The notes beneath the pieces were generated by a model. It did no database searches and was not told where the DNA came from. It saw nothing but the letters and a program-made list of their open reading frames with translations. Positions 40,813-53,853 of a stretch of 64,000 nt of DNA are shown piece after piece. The DNA is from Eledone cirrhosa (Eukaryota): assembly GCA_964016885.1 (NCBI GenBank), contig OZ024743.1:205220001-205284000 (forward strand), read 5' to 3'. Both the position numbers and the translations under genes were made by a program. Position 1 is the first letter of the stretch, and every line of letters starts with the position of its first letter.

Positions 40813-43140
40813 CATCATCATCATCATCATCATCGTTTAGCATCCATGTTCCACGCTTGCATGGGTTTGGACGGGAGTTTTCCCACTCGAGGCAAGAGTG
40901 GTTGTCTTGCTCACATAGGACTGTCTGGCGGGTTTTCTACAGTTGGATGCCCTTCCTAACACCAACCACATTTACAGTGTGGGGCTGGGAGGTTTTTACT
41001 GTGTTGCCTACACGGCCACATTACAGCGTGGACTGTCTGGCGGGTTTTCTACGGCTGGATGCCCTTCCTAACACCAACCACATTTACAGTGTGGGGCTGG
41101 GAGGTTTTTACCGTGTTGCCTACATGGCCACATTACAGCGTGGACTGTGTGTTTTTTTGTCGTGACACTTAAACGACCTCATTTGTTTCGGACTGGATGT
41201 TGCCGTACCAACATAACTTCACATTTAAGGGGGTGGTGTGGATGGGGTGGGGGTAGTGTGTGGTTTTTTTTTTTGGGGGGGGGGGGGGTTATTTTGTTAG
41301 AGAGATGCCTGCTGACTGTAGGTTTCGCTTTGTATTTAGGTAAGGCGGTTCTTCTCTATTACTGAGTACCGCCAAAGGTCTCGGTCCACTGACATTGTCT
41401 TGGTGAGGTGTAAGTGTGTGAGGTCGGAATTTATCAGCTCGTCCCAGGTTTTTCTGGGTCTGCCTACTCCGTGGCTACCATCTATCTTTATTGCCCTGCA
41501 CTTTGCTATACAGCTGTCGTCTTTCATGCGCATCACGTGACCATACCAACGTAGCCTTCTCTTGAGTAAACAACATCTGATCCCTCTTATTTCTAATTTT
41601 TTCCTTAGTTCGTTTATGCTTTGCCGTTCACGTATATTACTATTACACATCCAGCGGAACATGCAAGCTTCGTGTCTCTCCAGTCTGCGTATATCCTCTG
41701 CACACAATGCCCAGGTCTCACTGCCATGCAACATTGCTGTTCGTATGCAGGCATCATACAACCTGCCTTTCATTTTTAGGGAGAACCCTTTAGCGGCTAA
41801 TAGTGGTATAAGCTCTCTGAACTTTTTCCATGCAGTTCTGACTCTAGCTACTGTACTTTCAGAACACCCTCCCCCACTGCTGATTTTGTCACCCAGGTAA
41901 CGGAAGCTGTCCACTATTTCTCTAGAACCCTCTGCGCAATTGAAAGAGCTAGTATTTTGTGGGCACTTGCTGCTACTTATTGCACCAGAGCACCGGCCAC
42001 ATGTAAAATCTGTGTTCTTAGTTAGCTTACCTGTGATCCCACTACATCTTTTATGCACCCATACTTTGCATTTGGGACATAAAATGGAGTTTCTGCCTAA
42101 GCCTTTCCTACACACTGAGCATGGCCATTTCCCGGAAGGGACCGGCGCCTTATTTTCTTTCCTACAAACTAAAACTTTAGTCTTAGCCAGGTTAATTTTA
42201 AGGCCTTTTGATTCTAGGCCGTGCTTCCATGTTTGGAATTTCTTCTCTAGCTCGGCCATTGATTAAGCTATGAGCGTTAGATCATCTGCGTATAGGAGTT
42301 CCCATGGGCAGCCGGTCTTGAACTCCTCTGTTATAGCCTGAAGGGCAATAATAAATAGTAGGGGGCTAAGAACAGAGCCCTGATGGACACCAACTTTTAC
42401 GCTAAACTCGTCACTATATTCGTTGTTAATTCTAACCTTGCTTACTGTTTCTTTATACATGGCTTGTATAGCTCTCACAAGCCATTCGTCAACACCTAGT
42501 TTTCTAAGAGCCCACCAGATAATGGAACGGGGGACTCTGTAGAAGGCTTTCTCCAAGTCGACAAAGGCTAAGTATAGGGGTTTACTTTTAGCTAGGTACT
42601 TCTCCTGTAGTTGTCGTACAATGAAAAGAGCGTCTGTGGTACTTTTGCCTGACACAAACCCGAACTGCATTTCATCTAGATTGATTCTCTCTCTGATTAG
42701 TTGCACTATTACTTTTTCCGTGACCTTCATGACCTGGTCGATTAATTTAATGCCTCTATAGTTACTCCTATCTAGGGCGTCTCCTTTACCCTTGTAACAG
42801 TTAATGATGATGCTGCTATGCCAGTCCTTCGGAACAACCCCATTCTATATGACTTGGTTTACTATCCGGGTGACCATGGTGTGTCCCACCGTTCCAGAGG
42901 CCTTCAGCATCTCAGCAACTATTTCCGAAGGCCCAGCCGCCTTACCCATCTTCATATCTTTGATTGCCTTTCTTATTATACTACCTTCAACTAACACTGT
43001 TGGTCCCTCTATTGGATCGATCTGGGGGAGACTATCCTTCTCCCATTTATTCTCCTCATTTAGTAGCCTCTCGTAGTGACACTTCCAAGCGACCTTCTTA
43101 TCAGTGTCGGTGATGGCGAGTACGCTATCATCATTTAGTA
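40812..43140 (-). mobile_element. 5'-truncated RTE LINE (RT, PHD-like finger, 3' UTR)
   Basis: ORFs 42845, 42263 and 41336 are in one frame, separated by stops; YADD; [11 protein letters not shown]. Confidence 0.93.
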
Positions 43141-43184
43141 CACACATATATATATATATTATATATATATAATATATATATAAA

Positions 43185-43294
<110 letters not shown>

Positions 43295-43832
43295 GTGGAA
43301 CACTGGAAGGTAATATCCGTAGTAGTAGAGCACTATATATATATACACATATACATATATATAAAAAAATGGGGGTAATATTAAATATTATCCAATTATA
43401 AGTAAGTATAATACAGAGCCGAAATACTTTGTAAATAACAATGAAAGAGTTTTTGAGAACATTTAACTACTAATTAGTAATTAAATGTTCTTAAACACTC
43501 TTTGATATATATATCAAACCCATATATATATATATATATATCTAACCCATGCTAGCGTGGAAGATGGACGTTAAACGATGATGATGATGATATATCATCA
43601 TCATCATCATCATCGTTTAACGTCCGTGTTCCATGCTTGCATGGGTTTGGACGGGAGTTTTCCCACTTGAGGCAAGAGTGGTTGTCTTGCTCGCATAGGA
43701 CTGTCTGGCGGGTTTTCTACAGTTGGATGCCCTTCCTAACACCAACCACATTTACAGTGTGGGGCTGGGAGGTTTTTACCGTGTTGCCTACATATATATA
43801 TATAAAAACCACAAACCCTCCATCTCAATTCT

Positions 43833-43872
43833 ACTTTTGAAAAGCACAAGAACTGCGAAACCGGTAAAGGAA
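43833..43872 (+). ncRNA. HHR, U3-A8 variant
   Basis: actt TTGAAAA gca-caagaac-tgc GAAA ccgg TA aagg. Confidence 0.7.
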
Positions 43873-43979
43873 CCAAATAAATATATTTAAAAAAAAAAGA
43901 CTTCAATTGCATTTTCGATTTCATCTTTTTTCCTTATACTTTCACTTGTTTTTTTTTTCATTTTGTAAAAAACCTCACA

Positions 43980-44026
<47 letters not shown>

Positions 44027-44606
44027 TGGCTGCCAACTCGTTTTCGAGTACGGCCACTACTTTATATCCATGTAGGAGAACCCCTACCAATGCGCTGAAC
44101 AAGTGTGACTTTTTAGTCCAGCCAGCGACTTGAAAACTCTGGTACAAACACTACACTTGTGACAATTATTGACACATAGTGCTGGGCCCATGGTACCATG
44201 TGACGACAAGTGCAGAGAGATCTCCAGATACAAAGCAATGCCTGTGCCATGAAGCTTTTATAGTGAGCAAAGGCACTGCACAAAGCCAGTCCCACTCTCT
44301 TAACCAAGATGATATTTACCAAAAAGAAGAACAAGTCAACATCATTGGATACCATCAGGGTTGAAGGTGTTATATCAGAGTTTTCCTTCTCCTAGAATTC
44401 TGCCTTGACAAAGGCTAAGGGGTCATCTCTCCCATTGATTTTGGATGGCCATTGACTCTTAAGAGCTCCCTTGCACTTTGATAGGTTTTGTTTTTAGTCC
44501 TGCAGGATGTCCAAAGTCACCCTGCTCACCAAGAAACTGTGGTGGGGTTGCCAGTTTAGTCGCCAACGACCCGACCATGAGACAGGTTGTACTGGAATAC
44601 ATGTTA

Positions 44607-44683
<77 letters not shown>

Positions 44684-44891
44684 CATACATGCATACAAAC
44701 ATATATGTATATGCACACACTCACACACACACATACACACAAGCACACACAGACACAGACGCTCACACACACATAAACATACACACACACACACACACAT
44801 ACACAATGAAATGTCTCATTGTTTTATCATGTAGAACCCGTCTAACCCATGCTAGTACAGGAAATAGACATTAAATGATGATGATAATAAT

Positions 44892-45075
44892 TGTTTCTAC
44901 TTTAGGCACAAGGCCAGCAATTACCCAGTGCATTACTGGTACTTTATTTTATCGACCCTGTAAGGATGAAAGGCAAAGTCAACCTCGGCGGGATTTGAAC
45001 TCAGATCGTAAAGGGACGTAACTATGCTGGAAAGCATGGCGTCCGACCCACTACCGATACTGCCAATCCACCACC
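44892..45075 (-). mobile_element. SINE family 2, full length
   Basis: Minus strand A box TGGCAGTATCGG and B box GAGTTCAAATCC. Confidence 0.9.
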
Positions 45076-46062
45076 CTAACATGGCGTCCGACCCTCTACC
45101 GATACTGCCAATCCACCACCCTAACATGGCGTCCGACCCTCTACCGATACTGCCAATCCACCACCCTAACATGGCGTCCGACCCTCTACCGATACTGCCA
45201 ATCCACCACCCTAACATGGCGTCCGACCCTCTACCGATACTGCCAATCCACCACCCTAACATGGCGTCCGACCCTCTACCGATACTGCCAATCCACCACC
45301 CTAACATGGCGTCCGACCCTCTACCGATACTGCCAATACACCACCCTAACATGGCGTCCGACCCTCTACCGATACTGCCAATCCACCACCCTAGCATAGC
45401 GTCCGACCCTCTACCGATACTGCCAATCCACCACCCTAACATGGCGTCCGACCCTCTACCGATACTGCCAATCCACCACCCTAACATGGCGTCCGACCCT
45501 CTACCGATACTGCCAATCCACCACCCTAACATGGCGTCCGACCCTCTACCGATACTGCCAATCCACCACCCTATCATGGTGTCCGACCCTCTACCGATAC
45601 TGCCAATACACCACCCTAACATGGCGTCCGACCCTCTACCGATACTGCCAATCCACCACCCTAACATGGTGTCCGACCCTCTACCGATACTGCCAATCCA
45701 CCACCCTAACATGGTGTCCGATCCTCTACCGATACTGCCAATCCACCACCCTAACATGGTGTCCGACCCTCTACCGATACTGCCAATCAACCACCCTAAC
45801 ATGGTGTCCGACCCTCTACCGATACTGCCAATCCACCACCCTAACATGGTGTCCGACCCTCTACCGATACTGCCAATCCACCACCCTAACATGGTGTCCG
45901 ACCCTCTACCGATACTGCCAATCCACCACCCTAACATGGTGTCTGACCCTCTACCGATACTGCCAATCCACCACCCTAACATGGTGTCCGACCCTCTACC
46001 GATACTGCCAATCCACCACTCTAACATGGTGTCCGACCCTCTACCGATACTGCCAATCCACC
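45035..46062. repeat. 45-bp minisatellite, about 23 copies, derived from the SINE head
   Basis: Unit catgg(c/t)gtccgaccctctaccgatactgccaatccaccaccctaa. Confidence 0.97.
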
Positions 46063-46884
46063 ATGATGATGATAATAATAATGATGACACATGAACCAGT
46101 GATTCTGATAAAGAACTTCTATGTTCACAATAGGTATTTATAAATAAACTATATTGATACAACCTTATGTTGATCTATTGATTTTCTTCTTTTTGACCAG
46201 TTACTGCATCTTAAATTTGGCTGCCAATCAAATATGAGCTTAGCAGAGGTGTTTCTAGGGTATGGCAAGCTTGGAATGTGCCATGGGCATCACTTGGACT
46301 AGGAGCACTTTCTATTAACCCTTTAGCATTTAAATCAGCCATGTCCAGCCAGAATTCTCTCACTTCTTTCTGTTCAAACTGGCAGTAACTGACCACTCAT
46401 ACTTATGTTAAGGTATTATTCTCAAAACATAGATACCATATTATGTGAGATAAAGCTTTTACTGTGAAAATACAATAGTATTTATAGAGTAGTCATCATC
46501 ATCATCATCATCATCATCACCGTTTTACGTCCGTCCTTCCACGCTAGCATGGGTTAGACAGGTTGTCCTGTTGTGGGCAGTGTCCGGTCGGCTGACCTTG
46601 TCTTGCTCATATGGGAACTGATTCTGGCTTGATTTCTACAGCTGGATGCTCTTCCTAACACCAACCTCATTTACAGTGTGGGCTGGGTGCTTTTTTGCTG
46701 TGGCACCTCCACGACCACTTTGCAGTGGGAGGGGTGGGGTTGGGGTGGGGGTATATTGTCTATATGCTTCAGCTTCAGCTTGTATCCATGGGAAGTCGAG
46801 TCTTCTGTATTACTGTGTGATGCCAGAGGTCACTGTCATGTGTCATCGCCTTTGAGAGGTGCAATTGGGTAAGGTTGGCTTTTG

Positions 46885-49565
46885 TCATTCATTCCAGGTC
46901 TTCTTGGGTCTCCCCACTTCACGGTTTCCATCAACTTCTAGTGCTCTGCACCATTTTATGCAGCTGTCATCCTTCATACGCATCACATGTCCATACCAAT
47001 GCAACCGCCTCTCCTGCACACAGCATTTGATTCCTCTTATGCTCAGTCTCTCTCTCAATTCGTTTATGCTTTGCTGTTCACGTATATTACTATTACATAT
47101 CCATCGGAGCATGCATGCTTCATTTCTTTCTAATCTATGCAAGTCTTCTACAGACAGTGCCCAGGTCTCACTACCATGTAACATTGCTGTTTGTATGCAT
47201 GCATCATACAGTCTGCCTTTCATTTTGAGGGAAAAGCCTTTTGCAGCTAGCAGTAGCAGTAGCTCCCTGAACTTTTTCTATCCCGTTCTTACCCTAGTTA
47301 TTGTACTTTCCGAACACCCACCTCCGCTGCTAATTTGGTCACCTAGGTAGCAGAAGCTGTCTACTGTTTCTACAGAGCCCTCCCAGAGTTTGGTGGTGCT
47401 TGTTTCCTGTGGCCGTTTGCTGCTTGCTGTCCCAGTGCAGCTGCTACATGTGAAGCCTACATTCTTAAGGTTCCTGAGATCCCACTACATCTCTTGTGTA
47501 CCCATTGTTTGGATTTGGGGCAGAGGATGGAGTTCCTACCTAAACCTTTCCTACATACTGAGCAAAGCCATTTCCCTGAGGGGATCTGGCTTCTGTTTTC
47601 TCGTCTACTTACAAGGACCTTAGTCTTTGTCAGGTTGACTTTGAGACCATTTCTTTCTAGTTCCTGCTTCCATGTTTGGAATTTCTTCTCTAATTCTACC
47701 ATAGATTCAGCTATAAGTGCGAGGTCATCTGCATACAGGAGTTCCCATGGGCATCCGGTCTTAAACTCCTCCGTTATTGCCTGCAAAACTATGATGAACA
47801 GGAGAGGGCTAAGAACAGAGCCCTGGTGGACATCGAGCTGTATGCTAAATTCCTCGCTATAGTCATTGCTAATCCTAACTTTGCTGACTGCTCCCCTATA
47901 CATGGCTTGTACAGCTTTCACAAGCCATTCATCTACTCCTAGTTTTCTAAGAGCCCACCAGAAGGGGACTCTGTCAAAGGCTTTCTCCAGATCGACGAAT
48001 GCCAGGTAGAGTGGCTTACTTTTAGCTAGGTACTTTTTCTGTAAATGCCTCACAAGGAAGAGGGCATCAGTGGTGCCTTTTCCTGGCAAAAACCCAAATT
48101 GCATCTCATCTAGTTTTACCCGGTCCCTAATCTACTGTGCTATAACTCTTTCCGTTATTTTCATGACCTGGTCCATCAGCTTTATACCTATATAGTTTCT
48201 TCTATCTAGTGCATCACCTTTATCCTTGTAGCAGTTGACAATGATGCTGTTGCACCAATCCTTTGGTATGATACCCTCTAGTATTACCTGGTTAACAATA
48301 CGTGTGGTTATGGTGTGACCTACCGACCCAGATGCCTTTAGCATCTCAGCAGCTATACCCGATGGAGCGGTTGACTTCCCCGTTTTCATATCTTTGATTG
48401 CCTTACTTACTATGCTGCTGCTGACTTGTACTGCTGGCCCCCTCTATAGGGTCTACTTGGTCTCTTTTTCCCATACATTCTCCTCATTTAGTAATCTTTC
48501 ATAATGGCTCTTCCACGCATCTTTCTTCTTAGCACTTGTGAGGGCAAGCTCACCTTTATCATCCCAGACACACTTCTCTCCAATGACATCACAATTCTCT
48601 CTGACACACTGCCTCGCAATCTTGAACACCTCCTGTTTCTGGTCCTCATGTTGCAAAACATGCTTGAATTTTCTATCCTCTGCTTCCCTTCTAGCTAAGT
48701 ATACTTGTGGCCTAGCTTCCCTCCTGGTCTCTATGTAATGTACCCTGCTTCCCCCGTTCTTCCATTCTTTCCATGCCTGTCTCTTAGCCTTAACTGCCTC
48801 ATTTACCTTATTGTTCCACCACCAAGTCACTCTCTTCCTCCTGCCTATGGTCTTGCTCCAACCATAGATCTCGTCTGTTGCCTTTAGTAAGTTAATTTTT
48901 AGGAACTCCCAGTGCTCTTCTAAATTGAATGTCTCTATCTGTTCTTCTTTACTGTCATAGGCGTTGAGTAAAATATCTTTAAATTTGTTACTGGCTGAGG
49001 GGTCTTTCAGCTTCCAAATCTTTCTTCTCTAGGTTGCCTTCTGTTTCCAAGTTCGTCTAGTTCTGACAGGGAGGTCGCTGACAACTAAGTTATGTTGGGA
49101 GGTACATTCCTCACTAGGGAAGGCTTTTGTGTTTATGACCGTCCATCTATCCCATCATCTGATGAGGATAAAATCTATCTGACTATAATGCTTCCCTGAT
49201 CTATAGGTGATCAGATGGTTGTCGGGTTTTTTGAAGTTTGTGTTACATATCGACATGTCATTGGCGTCGCAGAATTCTAGAAGCCTGAATGAAGCCTTCT
49301 TCATTTCTTATGCCAAACCAGTGGCCTTCATGGACTCTATAGAAGCCGTGACAGTGTTTACCAACGTGTCCATTAAAATCTTCTGCAATGATTAGGAAGT
49401 CATTGTCGTTTGTTAGGGCAGTAGTGTGCATTAGGGACTTGTAAAACCTATCATTAAGTTCGTCTGGCAACCTCGATTGGGGTGCGTAAGCTGATATTGT
49501 GGCAATCGTTTTATTCAGAACTAGTCTGAGTTTAATGATTCTTGCATTCACCCTGTTCACTGAGA
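46885..49565 (-). mobile_element. RTE LINE, APE fragment + RT, disrupted
   Basis: ISAYAPQ, DFNGHVG, WWWN, DLEKAFDRV, YADD, GSETW. Confidence 0.92.
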
Positions 49566-50214
49566 TTACCTTATCTACCTATTTGTCAGCTAATAGTATA
49601 CTTACACCATCCATCCCATAGTAGTGTAAATGATAAAAGGTTAAAGTTAGATAAGCTATGGTCAGAAAGTAGAAAAAAAAAGAAACTTCTTCAGATATAT
49701 GATTTGTCTATGGTTATCATGGGTGAGAAGCACTATGGTGGTTGGATCATAAATCATTTATATAAATAGATAAATAAATAGATGGATACATTAGTAGACA
49801 GACACAGAGAGACAGATAGATAGATAAATAGAGAGAGAGACAAATTAATTTAATAAAAGGCAAATTCTGATGTAGGTTAATATCACTAAAATCTAATTTT
49901 ATCATTCTTTGTAAACCTAACATACATCTAGGGGCAGTGAACCGCTTGTTTTAATATAACCTATTTAAAATAATATATGCAGCCAACAACATATCACTTT
50001 AAAGAAGAATAGCTTTCTTTATTGGGGGTAAACAGCATTGAAAGTAAGCAGTGGCATTAACTTAGATGGTGGGAGATTGGTATAAAGAAACAGTCGTTGC
50101 GTTGACCGAATTTGAATTTTGAGTGGACTCTGACAACTTTTATCCGTCCATAGGAGTTCAAATGCTCAATTTGTATAAGCAAACACGTTGTTCAAGGTGC
50201 GACAGAAAAACTCC

Positions 50215-50284
<70 letters not shown>

Positions 50285-51714
50285 TTTTTTTCCTAAATAG
50301 AAAAATAATTTTTATTTACAGAAAAATTTACATAAAGCAATAAGGAAATGAAGAATAAAAAAAAAGAAAAGACATTAAACAACGAAAGGAAGCAAAGATG
50401 GGAGAGAGTGACGGACTTTACACCCCAGCCTGAGCTGTGTCCTACAGACAAAATGGCGAAGGTATTGCCACTGAGAACAGCCAGAGACAGCCACTCCGCC
50501 TCATGGGGTTCCTTTCTTAGGTGAGTTGGCATTCTCCCGATTTTGCGAAGGAAAATAAATATATTTTACACGGTCACTGTGTAAAATATGGGAGGTGTAT
50601 TTTGTTTCTGGCGAACCAAGTAGTAGCTAACAATAGACTGAAATAGGGTAAGTCATGTGGAACTAGAAGGTAAACACGTTGATTTAAATGGGGCTGTTTA
50701 TTGTAGGATAATCTCGGGTCTCCAATAATTACCCCAACTCTTATTAGATTTTGCTAATCTCTCTCCGGCGAAATTTTATGTTAAGTGGTAACATTCCTGT
50801 GACAATTAATTTTCTTTATACACTAAAACATTATATATGACAAAAAAAAAGTACATTACTAGAAATCCCATACGTTATAAAATAAATAGGATGGGTTGGG
50901 CGTCTCAATATATAAAGTATACGACTAAATCTGGTTTTTAAATAAATTCAACGAAGACAACATAGAAAAACCCACCCCACCCATTAGTTGGGACCTGGGA
51001 GTACTTAATATTATAAGTCTTTGGATATATATATATATATAAGAACATTAGTATGTATGACATAGTATAGAAATAGCATATCTTAAGGGACAGTCCACTT
51101 CGTAGTCCCGGGGGACAGGATGGAGAAGACGGTATTGTCTAGGGAGACGTGTTGGAACAGTCACTCCACTTCGAGGGGCTCACACCTGCGGGTAGCCGCT
51201 TCAATAACAGTGAGTAGGTATGTGACGCGAGGGTGTTGGGACAAGGACGCCGGAAGTCTCCATTAAGAGAAAATAGGGGGAAGGGAACAGAAGTATAGTG
51301 TTGAAAGTTATTAAGGGCAATAAGTTTATTAAACTCAAGAGAAAATGTGATAAACACTGCAGAAACGAGAAAGAGAGGGGGGAGAAGAAAAAAGAGAAAT
51401 TAAGCAATGAAAGAAATGGAAGGGAGCGGCAGATTCTACACCCCAGTAAGTATGGAATAAGATTAAAGGGGTCATAATCTTTCAATGCCGAGATATACCC
51501 CTTAGTGTGAGGTGTAAAGTTTGTTTTTTTCCACTTTCTCTCTCTTCATAGCTTAATTCTTTTTTTCTTCCCTCACCCGCATCCTTTTTGGTTTAAAAAC
51601 AATATTTTTTACAAACTTTTTTTTAATGTACAAAAAAATGTCTTTTCATTCCAGCCTTTAATTTAATACTTTCACTATTATATATTACATGAACAGAGTT
51701 GATACACGCAGCCG

Positions 51715-52550
51715 AGTTGGAAGTGGTATCACAATTGGCGGCTGTAAATTGCAGACGACATGTATTAATTAACTCGACACAAGGTGATTTTCGACTTGCA
51801 CTCAATAGGTTTGATGCCGAGTGCTGCATGGCTTGAATGAAAATCAGTGCTGTGAAAACCGAGGTGCTCATGCTCTCAAGGAAACCAGCGCAGTGCATTC
51901 TATATGCGAATGGAGTTCCACTGAAGCAGGTAGAGATATCTCAGGACCATGTTCTCGAGAGATGGAAGGCAGGAGGCTAAATTAAGTGCAAGAATTGCAA
52001 GAGCTGGTGCCGTAATGCGCCAGCTTCAGCATTCAGTAATCAACAGAAGAGAGGTAGGTGTAAAAGCCAAACTTGCTATCTTCAATATGGCATTTGTGCC
52101 AACCCTTACCTATGGTCATGAATCTTGAGTAATGACCGAAAGAATACGATCGCGAATACAAGTGGCCGAAATGGGGTTCCCCTGAATGGTCTTTGGAATA
52201 ACATTACTCGATAGAGTGAGTAGCTCGGAAATCAGAGAGTCAATCCAGGTAGAGCCGCTACTTCTTCGAATTGAAAGATCACAGCTGTGATACTATGGGC
52301 ATGTGGTTAGAATGTCCCAGGAAAGAATCGCTGGACTGATTTTATGGGTAAAACCAGCTGGCAGGAGATCCAGGGGGTAGGCCTCGAGCAAGATGGTTGG
52401 ATAACATCCATGAGCTTGGGTTGTCTCGTTTGGGGATCCAGCCGGATCAGTTGAAGATGGTTGCTTCTGACAGGACCTGCTGGATGGAGTGTTTGAGGAA
52501 TCTGTCTTCACGACACTCAGGAATAAGAGGATGAAGAAGAAGAAGAAGAA
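51715..52550 (+). mobile_element. Degraded RTE LINE 3' part (second family)
   Basis: Manual translation: MKIS..KTEVL, PTLTYGHES, AEMGF, EPLLLRIERSQL.YYGHVVRM; (GAA)n tail. Confidence 0.8.
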
Positions 52551-52804
52551 TACCAACTATCTTTTAATGTGTCCGTGTGTGTGTTGGAGATGGGGAGGGT
52601 TCTACGAAATAGCTTTAATTTTTTTCTTTCTCTCGCTTTGATCGTATATTTTGGTATTGTATTTGTGAGGTTCCCAGCAATATTAATTGTATTATATGTG
52701 AACAATTTTAAATATTTATACAACTGAATAAAAAGACACATCTCAGGTGCCTGTGTGTGTGCCTCTGTGTATGTTAGGGATGGTGGGGGTCTACGAACTA
52801 TCTT

Positions 52805-53175
52805 TCAATGTGCTTGTGTATGTCTGTGTGTGCATGTATATGAGCCTCTGTGTGTGAGCCTGTGTATGTGTGTGTGAGAGCCTGTGTATGTGTGTGTGTG
52901 TGTGTGCGTTTGTGTATATGTGTGTACGTCTGTGTATGTGTGAGCCTGTATATATGTGTGTGCGTCTGTGTATGTGTGTGAGAGCCTGTGTATGTGTGTG
53001 AGTCTGTGTATGTATGCGTGTGCCTGTGTATGTGTGTGAGCCTGTGTATGTGTATCAACCTGTATATGTGTGTCTCTGTGTACGTTTGAGCCTGTCTATG
53101 TGTGAGCGTGTGTCTGTGTGTGCGTCTGTGTATATGTGTGCCTGTATGTGTATGTGTCAGCCTATGTATGTGTGG
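52805..53175. repeat. Degenerate TG-rich ~20-bp tandem repeat
   Basis: Repeated gagcctgtgtatgtgtgt. Confidence 0.8.
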
Positions 53176-53451
53176 GATGGGGATGGTGTCTAACGTTTGC
53201 ACTTTTATTCTTTTTGGGATTTCAGTCAGTGGACCGAGACTATATTGAGGGTGCTGCCTTACTAAGTATTTTAGCCAATCGTATCAACCGCCATTAACTA
53301 CAGTATTTATAAAGCCATGCTTCATATTTTTTCTCTTTCTTATAATCTATTTGCTGTCTTTTTTTTTTCTAATTTGGACGGTTGCCATTATTTCTGTTAC
53401 GAAGATTTAAAGATTTAAAGTAAATGACATCACATTAAATTCACGAAATGT

Positions 53452-53486
<35 letters not shown>

Positions 53487-53587
53487 ACGAAGGAAGTGTG
53501 GAAAGGAACCAGATGGACCATAACGCACTTTAGTCCAGAAATAGCCGTCGAAACGCCTTGAGCTCTGCCGCCGGGGTTAAACATTTT

Positions 53588-53657
<70 letters not shown>

Positions 53658-53853
53658 CGTAGACGTAATTCACTTCGCGCAGAAGTTTTGTTCCAATTTA
53701 TTGCGGAAATTTTGTAAGTTTAATTTTAATTTTGATACTATTGTGTAGCTTGACCCCCCCGTCTGAACTGTCAGCTCATTTTCGCCCCTCCCAGGGGTGA
53801 AAAACCTGTTTTTAAAAAATTTTGTTGCATAAAATTTCAATCGTCTGGGAGAA

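Noticed and set aside
45075-45080. Telomeric CCCTAA in each minisatellite unit
   Set aside because: A single hexamer formed at the unit junction, with no tandem telomeric run.
45035-46062. CRISPR array, or the 356/409-aa repeat ORFs
   Set aside because: No unique spacers. The ORFs arise from a stop-free 45-bp unit derived from a SINE.
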